A program made the position numbers and the translations under genes. From assembly GCA_042570305.1 (NCBI GenBank), contig JBHPGP010000003.1, forward strand, positions 14,507 through 78,506: a stretch of DNA of 64,000 nt, written 5' to 3'. The number at the start of each line of letters is the position of its first letter. Position 1 is the first letter of the stretch. The notes below the pieces were generated by a model that ran no database searches, was not told the DNA's origin, and was given only the letters and a program-made list of their open reading frames with translations. Of this stretch, positions 16,817 through 25,333 are shown one piece after another. This stretch comes from Candidatus Omnitrophota bacterium (GTDB lineage Bacteria; Omnitrophota; Gorgyraeia; Gygaellales; JAHJCI01).

Positions 16817-18725
16817 TTTCCGCCTGCTTTCCGCATTTTTTCAGGCATTGCCGCTCAGATTCTCTTTGTTTATCGGCAGGGCGCTGGGAATGCTTGGACT
16901 GTGGTTTGACCTCAAGCACAGGCGTATTGCTTATCGGAATCTCTGCATCGCCTTTTCCGCTCAATATTCCATTCCTGAGTTGAAGGCGATACTAAAAAGG
17001 AATTATCAGAACCTGGGTATGAATATGGTCGAAGCATTGAGAATACCGCTAATGGATGATGCCTATATAAAGCGCTATATCAGGATGACCGGTGAGGAGA
17101 ATTTAGAGAATGCGCTGAAGAATAAAAAGGGAGCAATTGTCCTGGGAGCACATTTCGGCAGCTGGGAGATTTGTTTTGCCATAGCCGGGATGTTAAAATA
17201 CCCCTTTTGCGTCTTTGCCGAAGAACAGTCAAAGAATCCCCTGCTGGATGAATTATTGAACCGTATGCGCCAGAGTAAAGGCGTAGAGGTTTTAAAGGTA
17301 AGCGGGAAGATACGTCAGGTAGTCGGCAGTTTGAAGAAGAATAAATTTGTGGGTATGGTTGCCGACCACGGGGCAAGGAAAGGGATATTTGTGGATTTCT
17401 TCGGCAGGAAAACGCGCGCCCCCAGCACGGCAGCGAGAATAGCCTTAAGGCTCGGTGTGCCGATCTTAATTGCGTATATTCGCAGGGTAAAAGGCCCGGA
17501 ACACGAGTTAGTGATTATGCCTCCCCTGGAGATTAAAAGAAGCGGTAATTTCAAACAGGATATGATCGCTACGGTGGAAGCGATTAACCGCTTGACCGAA
17601 GATTATATAACTAAATACCCAGAGCAGTATTTCTGGTTTTACAAACGTTTCAAATACAGCGCCCAGCGCAACATTCTCTTCCTGCATGACGGCAAGGCCG
17701 GGCATTTGCGTCAGGGAGAGACTTTAATCGGGCTGCTGGAGAATATTGCCGGGCAGAAGGGGATAGAGCTTAGAACAAAACTGCTGAAGATAGATTTTAA
17801 TAACAGGTACGCTTCTTTACTGCAATCCCTGGGCTTAACCCTGGCACACCGCAATACCTGCCAGGGGTGTTTATTTTGCTTGAGGAGGTTACTGGCGCCG
17901 GGCATATCCAGAGAGCTAGAGTCCTATTTTGCCGATATAGTGATTTCCTGCGGCTGGCGGACCGCAGCCGTCAATTGCGTTATCTCAAGCGACAGGCAGA
18001 GCAAGTCAATAGCGCTGATGCGTCCGGGGTTTTTAAGCGTAAAAAGGTTTGACCTGGTGGTGATGCCTTATCATGACAATCCACCGAGCAGGAATAACGT
18101 CGTGGTTACGCAAGGGGCACTGAATCTGGTTGACGAAAATTATCTGCAATCCTCTGCCAGGGATTTACAGTCTCAGGTTAGTCTCGGGCAGGGCCTGGTT
18201 TTAGGCTTGCTGCTCGGCGGAGATACAAAGAGTTTCCGGCTTTCCTGTGATTTATTAAAGCCGCTGATTGCGCAAATCAAGCTATTTTTAGAAAGGCATG
18301 ACGGCAAGATTCTGATTACTACCTCCCGCCGTACAAGCCAGGATGCGGAACGCCTGATCAGGGCTGAATTCGGCAGTTACGCACGCTGTAAATTATTGGT
18401 CATCGCTAATGAGAATAATCTGCCCTTTGCCGTAGGCGGAATCCTGGGCCTAAGCAGAATAGTGATTGTTTCTCCGGAAAGCATCTCGATGATTTCCGAG
18501 GCAGCCAGTTCCGGAAGGTATGTGGTGGTTTTCAAGCCCGGAATGAATATAGGCAGACGCCACAGCCGGTTCCTGCGGAATCTTGCGGATAAGAAATATA
18601 TTTATTTAACAGATAGTGCCCGGTTGTCCGAAACCTTAGAGGGGATTATTACAGATAAGCCAGGGGTTGTGAAATTAGAGGATAATCTTAAAGTAAAACA
18701 GGCCCTGGAGAAGCTATTAATCTGA
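16779..18725 (+). CDS. Fusion protein: lipid A late acyltransferase (LpxL/HtrB family) + ELM1/DUF1022 (COG3660)-like domain
   Basis: 648 aa. Residues 1-~295 match Lip_A_acyltrans (NLCIAF...PELKAI, HFGSWE, PEQYFWFYKRFK). Residues ~297-648 carry ELM1-family marks (LFLHDGKAGHLRQ, ILITTSRRT). It is a single uninterrupted ORF. Confidence 0.65.
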   Translation: MKHSLSEYALYISFRLLSAFFQALPLRFSLFIGRALGMLGLWFDLKHRRIAYRNLCIAFSAQYSIPELKAILKRNYQNLGMNMVEALRIPLMDDAYIKRYIRMTGEENLENALKNKKGAIVLGAHFGSWEICFAIAGMLKYPFCVFAEEQSKNPLLDELLNRMRQSKGVEVLKVSGKIRQVVGSLKKNKFVGMVADHGARKGIFVDFFGRKTRAPSTAARIALRLGVPILIAYIRRVKGPEHELVIMPPLEIKRSGNFKQDMIATVEAINRLTEDYITKYPEQYFWFYKRFKYSAQRNILFLHDGKAGHLRQGETLIGLLENIAGQKGIELRTKLLKIDFNNRYASLLQSLGLTLAHRNTCQGCLFCLRRLLAPGISRELESYFADIVISCGWRTAAVNCVISSDRQSKSIALMRPGFLSVKRFDLVVMPYHDNPPSRNNVVVTQGALNLVDENYLQSSARDLQSQVSLGQGLVLGLLLGGDTKSFRLSCDLLKPLIAQIKLFLERHDGKILITTSRRTSQDAERLIRAEFGSYARCKLLVIANENNLPFAVGGILGLSRIVIVSPESISMISEAASSGRYVVVFKPGMNIGRRHSRFLRNLADKKYIYLTDSARLSETLEGIITDKPGVVKLEDNLKVKQALEKLLI

Positions 18726-18791
18726 ATTTTGTTCGGAATTCGCTCGCAAAATATTATTTATTAAAAAAATTTAATAGACTTTCAGAGAATA

Positions 18792-20888
18792 ATGAACATA
18801 TTGCAAATATTACCCGAGCTTAATGTCGGAGGAGTGGAAACAGGGGTGCGTGACTTCGCCGGCTTTCTGGTCAAGCAGGGGCACAAAAGCGTGGTGGTCT
18901 CCAATGGCGGGGCCTTGGTCGCAGACTTAGAACGGCAGGGCTCTAAACACTATAGCCTTCCCGTGCACAGGAAGTCGCCCTTTACCATTTTGCAGATGAT
19001 TCCCAAACTCAGCGAGATTATCCGTAAGGAAAATATCAATATTGTCCATGCCCGCTCGCGGGTTCCTGCCTGGATTGCCTTTTTCGCCTGTCGCCGCACG
19101 CGCAGGGTCTTCATTACTACCTGCCACGGTTATTACAGTGCCCATTTTGCCAGCAGGCCAATGGTCTGGGGCAAATTAGCCATCTGCCCCAGCCAGGTGA
19201 TTGCCAGCCACGTGAACAAGGATTTTGGCCTTCCCTTGGAACGCATACGCCTGGTTCCCCGCGGCGTAGATTTAGAAAGGTTCAGGTTTATTCCTCCTGA
19301 CAAAAAGGGTTCAGGCGTCTTTAACATCGGCATCATCGGACGGTTAAGCCCGATAAAAGGCCACAGCCATTTCCTGCGTTCGATAGTGCGCGTAATCAGG
19401 CAGGTTAACTCTCTGCCGGTAAAAATCTGGATAGTAGGAGGGGCCTCTGCCTCACAGCAAAATTATAAGCACGATTTGGAAGTTCTGGTCAAAAGGCTGG
19501 GATTGGGTTACTGCACCGAGTTTCTGGGAACACAGCAGGATATACCCGGAATTCTATCTGACCTTAATCTCCTGGTTGTTCCATCGGCTCGCCACGAGGC
19601 TTTCGGAAGAGTAATTATTGAGGCCCAGGCAGCAGGTGTACCAGTAATCGCAACCAGGGTGGGAGGTATAGTGGATATCATCGATGATAATCTGACCGGC
19701 ATTCTGGTTGCTCCCGGTGACGTGGAAGGGTTATCCCGTGCGATAATCCGGATAATGAACGATAAATCCTTAAGCAGTTATTTAGCCCAGAATGCCTATC
19801 AGAAGCTAAAGCAGAATTTCACCTTAGAGATAATGAGCCGCAAGACTTTGGAAGTTTATCAAGAGGCGCTTGTGCAGTTCAGGGTTCTGGTGATTAAATT
19901 GAGTGCCCTGGGTGACATAATTCTGACTATTCCCAGTTTACGCGCAATCAGAAAGAAATTTCCCAAAGCAAATTATAAAATCAGCCTGCTGGTTAACGTT
20001 CCCTATCAGGAGGCCTTGTTTCATTGTCCTTATGTCGATGAGCTAATTGTATCAGACCTCAATGATAAGGATAAGGGCATCAGGAGCATCTTAAATTTTA
20101 GCCGGGAGTTAAAAAAAGGTCATTTTGATTTTGTAATTGATCTGCAGAACAACCATAAAAGCCACCTCTTAAGCTTCTTGAGCCACATACCCGTACGTTA
20201 CGGCTACCGGAGGAAATTCGGCCTTTTGCTTAACCACTCGCTTCCTGTAGGGAAAATGGACCAGGGGCCTATCGAGCATCAGTTCAGACTATTGAAGATG
20301 CTGGATATAGAACTCAATAGCCCCCGTCTTGAGCTTTGGCCGGGCAGGAAAGACGAGGCGTATATTGAGAATTTCCTGAATCAGCAATGGATAAGCCCAA
20401 GGCAAGTTTTGGTTGGAATAAACCTCAGCGCGAGTAAAAAATGGCAGACCAAGGCCTGGCCGATAGAGCACATTGCCAGCCTTTGCGAAAGCCTCAGCTT
20501 AAAAGACATACGGGTAGTGTTTACCGGAGATGCCGATGACTCCCTGCGCGCCAGGGAGATTCTGGACCTGGTAAAAGGCGCAAAACCGGTTGTGGCCTGC
20601 GGCAAGACCAGCATTAATCAATTAATCTGTTTGATTAAGAGGTGCCAGGTCTTTATTAGTTCGGATTCCGCGCCCCTGCATATTGCTGCTGCGGTGGGCA
20701 CACCCTATGTCGCCCTGTTCGGACCAACCGACCCGGGGAGTCATCTTGCCTCAGGATACAAAGGCTCAACTATCCATAAGGACCTTGCCTGCAGCCCGTG
20801 TTATAAATCCAGATGCAGAACCACGGAGTGTATGCGCGCGATAAAGCCGCAAGAGGTATTGGAAGCGATGCAGGAATTATTGAAATGA
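18792..20888 (+). CDS. Fusion protein: GT4 glycosyltransferase + GT9 (heptosyltransferase-like) domain
   Basis: 698 aa. The N-terminal half is GT4 (NVGGVETGV..., EAFGRVIIEAQAAGVPVIATRVGG). From ~residue 363 it is GT9 (VLVIKLSALGDIILTIPSLRAI..., SSDSAPLHIAAAVGTPYVALFGPTDP). Confidence 0.75.
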   Translation: MNILQILPELNVGGVETGVRDFAGFLVKQGHKSVVVSNGGALVADLERQGSKHYSLPVHRKSPFTILQMIPKLSEIIRKENINIVHARSRVPAWIAFFACRRTRRVFITTCHGYYSAHFASRPMVWGKLAICPSQVIASHVNKDFGLPLERIRLVPRGVDLERFRFIPPDKKGSGVFNIGIIGRLSPIKGHSHFLRSIVRVIRQVNSLPVKIWIVGGASASQQNYKHDLEVLVKRLGLGYCTEFLGTQQDIPGILSDLNLLVVPSARHEAFGRVIIEAQAAGVPVIATRVGGIVDIIDDNLTGILVAPGDVEGLSRAIIRIMNDKSLSSYLAQNAYQKLKQNFTLEIMSRKTLEVYQEALVQFRVLVIKLSALGDIILTIPSLRAIRKKFPKANYKISLLVNVPYQEALFHCPYVDELIVSDLNDKDKGIRSILNFSRELKKGHFDFVIDLQNNHKSHLLSFLSHIPVRYGYRRKFGLLLNHSLPVGKMDQGPIEHQFRLLKMLDIELNSPRLELWPGRKDEAYIENFLNQQWISPRQVLVGINLSASKKWQTKAWPIEHIASLCESLSLKDIRVVFTGDADDSLRAREILDLVKGAKPVVACGKTSINQLICLIKRCQVFISSDSAPLHIAAAVGTPYVALFGPTDPGSHLASGYKGSTIHKDLACSPCYKSRCRTTECMRAIKPQEVLEAMQELLK

Positions 20889-21961
20889 ATATTTTAATCC
20901 TCACCAATCATCTGAGCATCGGAGGCATTACCCGCTATGTACTGACCCTGAGTTACGCCCTAAAGAAACAAGGCAACAGGGTTTTTGTCGGTTCCCTGCC
21001 AGGAGAGGGCGAAAGGTTTTTAGAGGAAAACGATATACCCTGGTTGAGTCTACCGCTTAAGACAAAGTCGATCCTCAGCCCCCGCCTGCTTCCCGCTTAC
21101 CTGATTCTTAAAAAATTTATAAAGAAGGAGAATATCCATCTTATTCATGCCCAGACCCGCATTACTCAGTTTCTTGCCTTTTTATTAAGCAGGGATTTGG
21201 GTATTCCCTATGTCTCTACCTTCCACGGATTCTATCGCCCGCATTTAGTGCGCAAATTATTCCCATTCGGGGGAAATTTAACCATTGCAATCAGTCAGGC
21301 AGTGGCAGGGCATTTGATTAAAGATTTTAAGCTGAATAGAGAGAACCTGCGGGTGATTTATAACTCCGTCGGACCGGATGCGGAATATTCAGCGGATAAA
21401 GATTACAGTTATCTTAAGGCAAGCCCCACGCTGGGCATTGTCGCTAGGCTTTCAAAGGAAAAGGGGCATTTAATACTTTTCTCTGCCTTTAAGCAGTTGG
21501 CCAAGGAGTATCCTGAAGCGCGGCTGCTGGTGGTTGGTACAGGAAAAACAGAAGAAGAGCTAAAAGATTGGGTAGCTAAAGAAAATCTTGCTGAGCGGAT
21601 TGTCTTCCTGGGCAACATCGCGCAGCTGAGGTCGTTTTTTGCTATTCTTGACCTTATGGTTTTGCCTTCTATCCAGGAGGGCTTGGGGTATTCTGTTTTG
21701 GAAGCGCAGGCAGCCGGCGTGCCGGTTGTTGCCAGCTCAGTCGGCGGGATAACTGAGGTCATTCAAGACAGAGAAACCGGGATTCTGGTTGAGCCGGGCG
21801 TTCCTGCTGAATTGTATCAGGCAATCAAGCTGCTCTTAGGAGATGCCGGGATGCGCCGGAGGATAGTGGAAAATGCAAGAAAACAAATTCAGGAGAGGTT
21901 TTCGCTGGAGAAAATGGTTGCGCAGGTTGAGGCTGTTTATAAAGAATTAGTAAAGCGATGA
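20885..21961 (+). CDS. GT4 family glycosyltransferase (LPS core)
   Basis: ATG 20885 forms an ATGA overlap with the upstream stop. The sequence starts MNILILTNHLSIGGITRYV... and contains the EGLGYSVLEAQAAGVPVVASSVGG E-x7-E region. Confidence 0.8.
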   Translation: MNILILTNHLSIGGITRYVLTLSYALKKQGNRVFVGSLPGEGERFLEENDIPWLSLPLKTKSILSPRLLPAYLILKKFIKKENIHLIHAQTRITQFLAFLLSRDLGIPYVSTFHGFYRPHLVRKLFPFGGNLTIAISQAVAGHLIKDFKLNRENLRVIYNSVGPDAEYSADKDYSYLKASPTLGIVARLSKEKGHLILFSAFKQLAKEYPEARLLVVGTGKTEEELKDWVAKENLAERIVFLGNIAQLRSFFAILDLMVLPSIQEGLGYSVLEAQAAGVPVVASSVGGITEVIQDRETGILVEPGVPAELYQAIKLLLGDAGMRRRIVENARKQIQERFSLEKMVAQVEAVYKELVKR

Positions 21962-22977
21962 AGAAGATACTCGTATTTGCTACGAACTGGCTAGGCGATA
22001 CGCTCTTCCTGTTTCCTTTGCTCGACGGGTTAAGGCATAATTTCAGGCAATCAAGCCTGGCTGTAGTGTCGGTTCCCCGCGTAAAGGGTATTTTTGCGAA
22101 TAACCGCAATGTCGAAGAAATCATTGTTTATGACGAGAAGGGAAGGCACAGGGGCTTATTCTCTCGGATTGCCCTGATTTCTCAATTACGGAAAAAGGGG
22201 TTTGATACGGCCTTTATGATTAAGCCGTCTTTAAGCCGGGCACTCATACTTAAGCTTGCCGGGATAAAGGAAATCATTGGCTTTGCCAATCCCAAGAGCG
22301 GCTGGTTGCTTACAAAGCAGATTCCGCAGCCGGATAAGGCGCTGCATAAGATAGATTCTTTTTTAAGCATACTCCAACACCTTAAATTTAAGGTCGAACA
22401 GCGCAGATATGAATTCCTGCCTTACCAAGAAGAGAAGACTCATATTGAAAATCTACTTAGAAAAAAAGGCTTTAATCCGGACCTGCCCCTGTTAGTAATA
22501 AATCCTGGAGCAAACTGGTTTCCCAAGCGCTGGCCGCCGGAGAATTTTGCCGAGTTGGTTAAAAGGCTGAAATCAGGCTTCAGGCTGAATGTGGCAATTA
22601 CCGGAGCTGAGAAAGACCGGGAGTTATCCGGGAAAATTATCGAGCAGTCAGGTGCGGATATCCTTGATTTTACCGGGCAGACAACATTCGGGCAATTGGG
22701 CGCCTTGATGCAGAGGGCGGACATAGTTATTTCTGCTGATTCAGGTCCGATGCATATTGCGGCTGCAGTGGGTAAAAAGGTAATCGCGCTCTTTGGCCCT
22801 ACCTCTGCAAAGCTTACAGGCCCCTATCCTCCGGAAGAACATATTATAATTCAGGGTAAGCCGGAGGATTGCAGGGTTCCCTGTTATGATTCAAGCTGCC
22901 GCGACTATCGCTGCATGAAGTCAATTACGGTTGATGAAGTTTTCCAGAAGGTAACACAGTTATTGAAAGTAAAATGA
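21958..22977 (+). CDS. GT9 family glycosyltransferase (ADP-heptose:LPS heptosyltransferase-like)
   Basis: 339 aa with ILVFATNWLGDTLF and SADSGPMHIAAAVGKKVIALFGPT motifs. ATGA overlap with the upstream gene. Confidence 0.8.
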   Translation: MKKILVFATNWLGDTLFLFPLLDGLRHNFRQSSLAVVSVPRVKGIFANNRNVEEIIVYDEKGRHRGLFSRIALISQLRKKGFDTAFMIKPSLSRALILKLAGIKEIIGFANPKSGWLLTKQIPQPDKALHKIDSFLSILQHLKFKVEQRRYEFLPYQEEKTHIENLLRKKGFNPDLPLLVINPGANWFPKRWPPENFAELVKRLKSGFRLNVAITGAEKDRELSGKIIEQSGADILDFTGQTTFGQLGALMQRADIVISADSGPMHIAAAVGKKVIALFGPTSAKLTGPYPPEEHIIIQGKPEDCRVPCYDSSCRDYRCMKSITVDEVFQKVTQLLKVK

Positions 22978-23408
22978 ACCTGTTCCTTTTTTCGCTCAGC
23001 GTAGATTTTGCTCTTTCGTACAATATCCAGATTTCAGGTCTTTTGCCTCGAGCACGAAACTTTTTGCCGTCTGCTTCGGTTTACTCCTCACTCCCGTGCG
23101 ACTATCGCAGACCAGGACTCTCCGTTCGTCGTAATTCCTCGCAGACTTCTGCCAAAAAGTTTCTAATTGTGCTCTTCGTCAAAATCCCTAAAATCTTACA
23201 AAGTTGGCTGAAGCGGCTACGAGGTTTGCCCTTCGCTTACGCTCAGGGTCATGATTTCGAGCGGGACGTGTGGAGCCCGAGCGGGCAGGGTTTGCTGTGA
23301 TGGACCTTTCTCCAAGAGCGAGGACGAACGTCGAGTGAAGTTTTTCCTCGCTGGGGAAAAACGAACGTTCCCGCGAGAAAGCAAACCAAAGTAAGCCGCT
23401 AAGGATTA
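22978..23408 (+). other. 431-bp non-coding spacer with nested helices inside the LPS operon (candidate structured RNA / cis-regulatory leader / decayed element)
   Basis: There is no credible ORF. A composite 23-bp helix spans 23050-23074 with 23141-23174. A three-stem module at 23289-23387 pairs GGTTTGCT/AGCAAACC, AGCGAGGA/TCCTCGCT and GGGAA/TTCCC. Strand is assumed from the flanking genes. Confidence 0.35.
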
Positions 23409-24380
23409 ATGACCATAAACAAGGTGTTGTTTTTTACGCTGAGTAATTTCGGCGACGTGATACTCTCGCTGCCGGTGCTGGACGTTTTGCGCTCAGAATA
23501 CCCCAAGGCCTTAATCACCGTGATGGTCGGGCCGCGCGCGTCAGAGGTTTTTCAAGATAACCCGTATATAAACGAGCTGATTATTTACGATAAATACGTT
23601 TCATTAAAAGAAAAAATCAGGTTGTTTTTCAGGCTGAAAAAAGAACGCTTTGATTTGGTAATCGATTTACGCAATAGCCTCTACGGAGCACTGCTGCCTG
23701 CGAGGTTCAAGACATCGCCGTTCCTGCACCCGCCCGCCAACATCCGGCACATGAAACAGCGAAACCTTTACAGGCTGAGGGCGGCGTTAAAACAGAACGG
23801 ATTATGGGCGACGGTGAAGGAGAGGGTGCTTTATACCAGCCCTGAAGATAAAAAATATCTTAACGCGCTCCTTCAGGATAACGGCATTAATCCCAAAGAT
23901 AGAATAATCATTGTCAGTCCTGCGACAGGCGGCAGGACCAGGAGGTGGGCAAGGGAGAATTTTATCGAGCTTTGCAAGAAACTGGCTGCGGATTATCCGG
24001 TAGTCCTGGTCGGCAGAAAACAGGATAAGCCATTGAGCGCATACATCCAGAGCAAGGTTTCCGGCAGGGTTTTTGATTTTTCCGGATTAACCAGCCTTGC
24101 GCAACTTGTTTTTCTTTTAGAGAAGTCTTCGCTGGTAGTTGTCTGTGATACGGGTATTCTGCAGTTAGCCAGTTACCTGGATATACCCATTGTGGCATTG
24201 TTCGGCCCCAGTGACGAACACAGGTACGGGCCCTGGTCCGGCAGATTTAAGTTAGTTTCCGCAAAGACTGCCTGCCGGCCGTGTACTGAACCCGACTGCC
24301 GGTTTAAAACCAATGAATGTATGCATAAAATAAGCGTAGAACAGGTATTGGATTCCATTGACGAGTTAATGAAATTATGA
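23409..24380 (+). CDS. GT9 family glycosyltransferase (heptosyltransferase-like)
   Basis: 323 aa with VLFFTLSNFGDVILSLPVL and CDTGILQLASYLDIPIVALFGPSD motifs. Confidence 0.8.
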   Translation: MTINKVLFFTLSNFGDVILSLPVLDVLRSEYPKALITVMVGPRASEVFQDNPYINELIIYDKYVSLKEKIRLFFRLKKERFDLVIDLRNSLYGALLPARFKTSPFLHPPANIRHMKQRNLYRLRAALKQNGLWATVKERVLYTSPEDKKYLNALLQDNGINPKDRIIIVSPATGGRTRRWARENFIELCKKLAADYPVVLVGRKQDKPLSAYIQSKVSGRVFDFSGLTSLAQLVFLLEKSSLVVVCDTGILQLASYLDIPIVALFGPSDEHRYGPWSGRFKLVSAKTACRPCTEPDCRFKTNECMHKISVEQVLDSIDELMKL

Positions 24381-24397
24381 TAATATAATAACTCAAA

Positions 24398-25333
24398 ATG
24401 ATTGATTTCAATAAGGTTAAAACCTATTCATCCAAAAGGGGGACATTCAAGGTGAAGAAGCGGGATTTTGCCCGTGCCCCCAGAAAAAGGGACAGTTTCC
24501 TTGGTTTTTATCAGTCTCTGCCCTCGATACTGAAGGCCAAGGATTTAGATAATACGGTTGGCGCAATCATTCAGGCAGCCAAAAAGAAAAAGCCGGTGAT
24601 ATTTATGTGCGGGGCGCATGTAATCAAATGCGGTCTCAGTCCGGTGGTAATTGAACTGATTAACAAGGGAATGCTAACCTGTCTTAGCTTGAACGGCGCA
24701 GGGATAATCCACGATTTTGAGATTGCTTATCAGGGCACAACCTCTGAGGACGTAGCCCGTTCATTAAGCCGCGGCAGATTCGGCATGAACCGCAGGACAG
24801 CCCAGTTTCTTAATCAGGCAGTATCCGCCGGGGCAGTTCAGGGTTTTGGGTTGGGCGAGAGCGTCGGGGAGGCAATGATTAAGCAGCGACTCCCTTTTGC
24901 CAATTTGAGCATTATCTGTAAGGCAATCAAGTCAGGCATTCCGGTTACTGTTCACGTTGCCGTAGGCACAGACATTATCCACCAGCACCCCAGTTTCGAT
25001 GCCGGGTTGACTGCCGATGCCAGCCTGCGGGATTTCCGTGTTCTGGTAGAGCAGGTTTCGCGCCTAGGCGACGGGGGAGTGGTGCTTAATTTCGGTTCTG
25101 CAGTGGTTTTGCCGGAGGTTTTTCTCAAGGCATTGAATCTTGCCAGGAACCTCAGGTTTAGAGTGCGTAATTTTACCACGGCAAATTTCGATATGATTTA
25201 TCATTATCGCCCGGCAGAGAATATTGTGCGCAGGCCCGTTATGCCGGGAGGTAAAGGGTATTACTTTGTCGGGCATCACGAGATTATGCTGCCGCTTTTA
25301 GCGCAGGCAGTCATTGAAAAGTTGCGCAGATGA
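24398..25333 (+). CDS. Deoxyhypusine-synthase-like (DHS-like NAD-binding fold) protein of unknown function
   Basis: 311 aa. By-eye alignment to DHS gives these correspondences:
- IFMCGAHVIKCGLSPVVIELINKGMLTCLSLNGAGIIHDFEIA to [43 protein letters not shown]
- KSGIPVTVHVAVGTD to KNHIPVFSPALTDG
- a C-terminal LPLL motif
The region around the DHS catalytic Lys is not conserved. Confidence 0.45.
   Translation: MIDFNKVKTYSSKRGTFKVKKRDFARAPRKRDSFLGFYQSLPSILKAKDLDNTVGAIIQAAKKKKPVIFMCGAHVIKCGLSPVVIELINKGMLTCLSLNGAGIIHDFEIAYQGTTSEDVARSLSRGRFGMNRRTAQFLNQAVSAGAVQGFGLGESVGEAMIKQRLPFANLSIICKAIKSGIPVTVHVAVGTDIIHQHPSFDAGLTADASLRDFRVLVEQVSRLGDGGVVLNFGSAVVLPEVFLKALNLARNLRFRVRNFTTANFDMIYHYRPAENIVRRPVMPGGKGYYFVGHHEIMLPLLAQAVIEKLRR

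Noticed and set aside
22974-23300. 108-aa + strand ORF covering most of the long GT9-GT9 spacer
   Set aside because: It starts inside the upstream gene's last codons and has no SD. Its composition is Ser/Leu/Arg-rich and low-complexity, with no motif. The region is better explained by the nested inverted repeats and is treated as non-coding.
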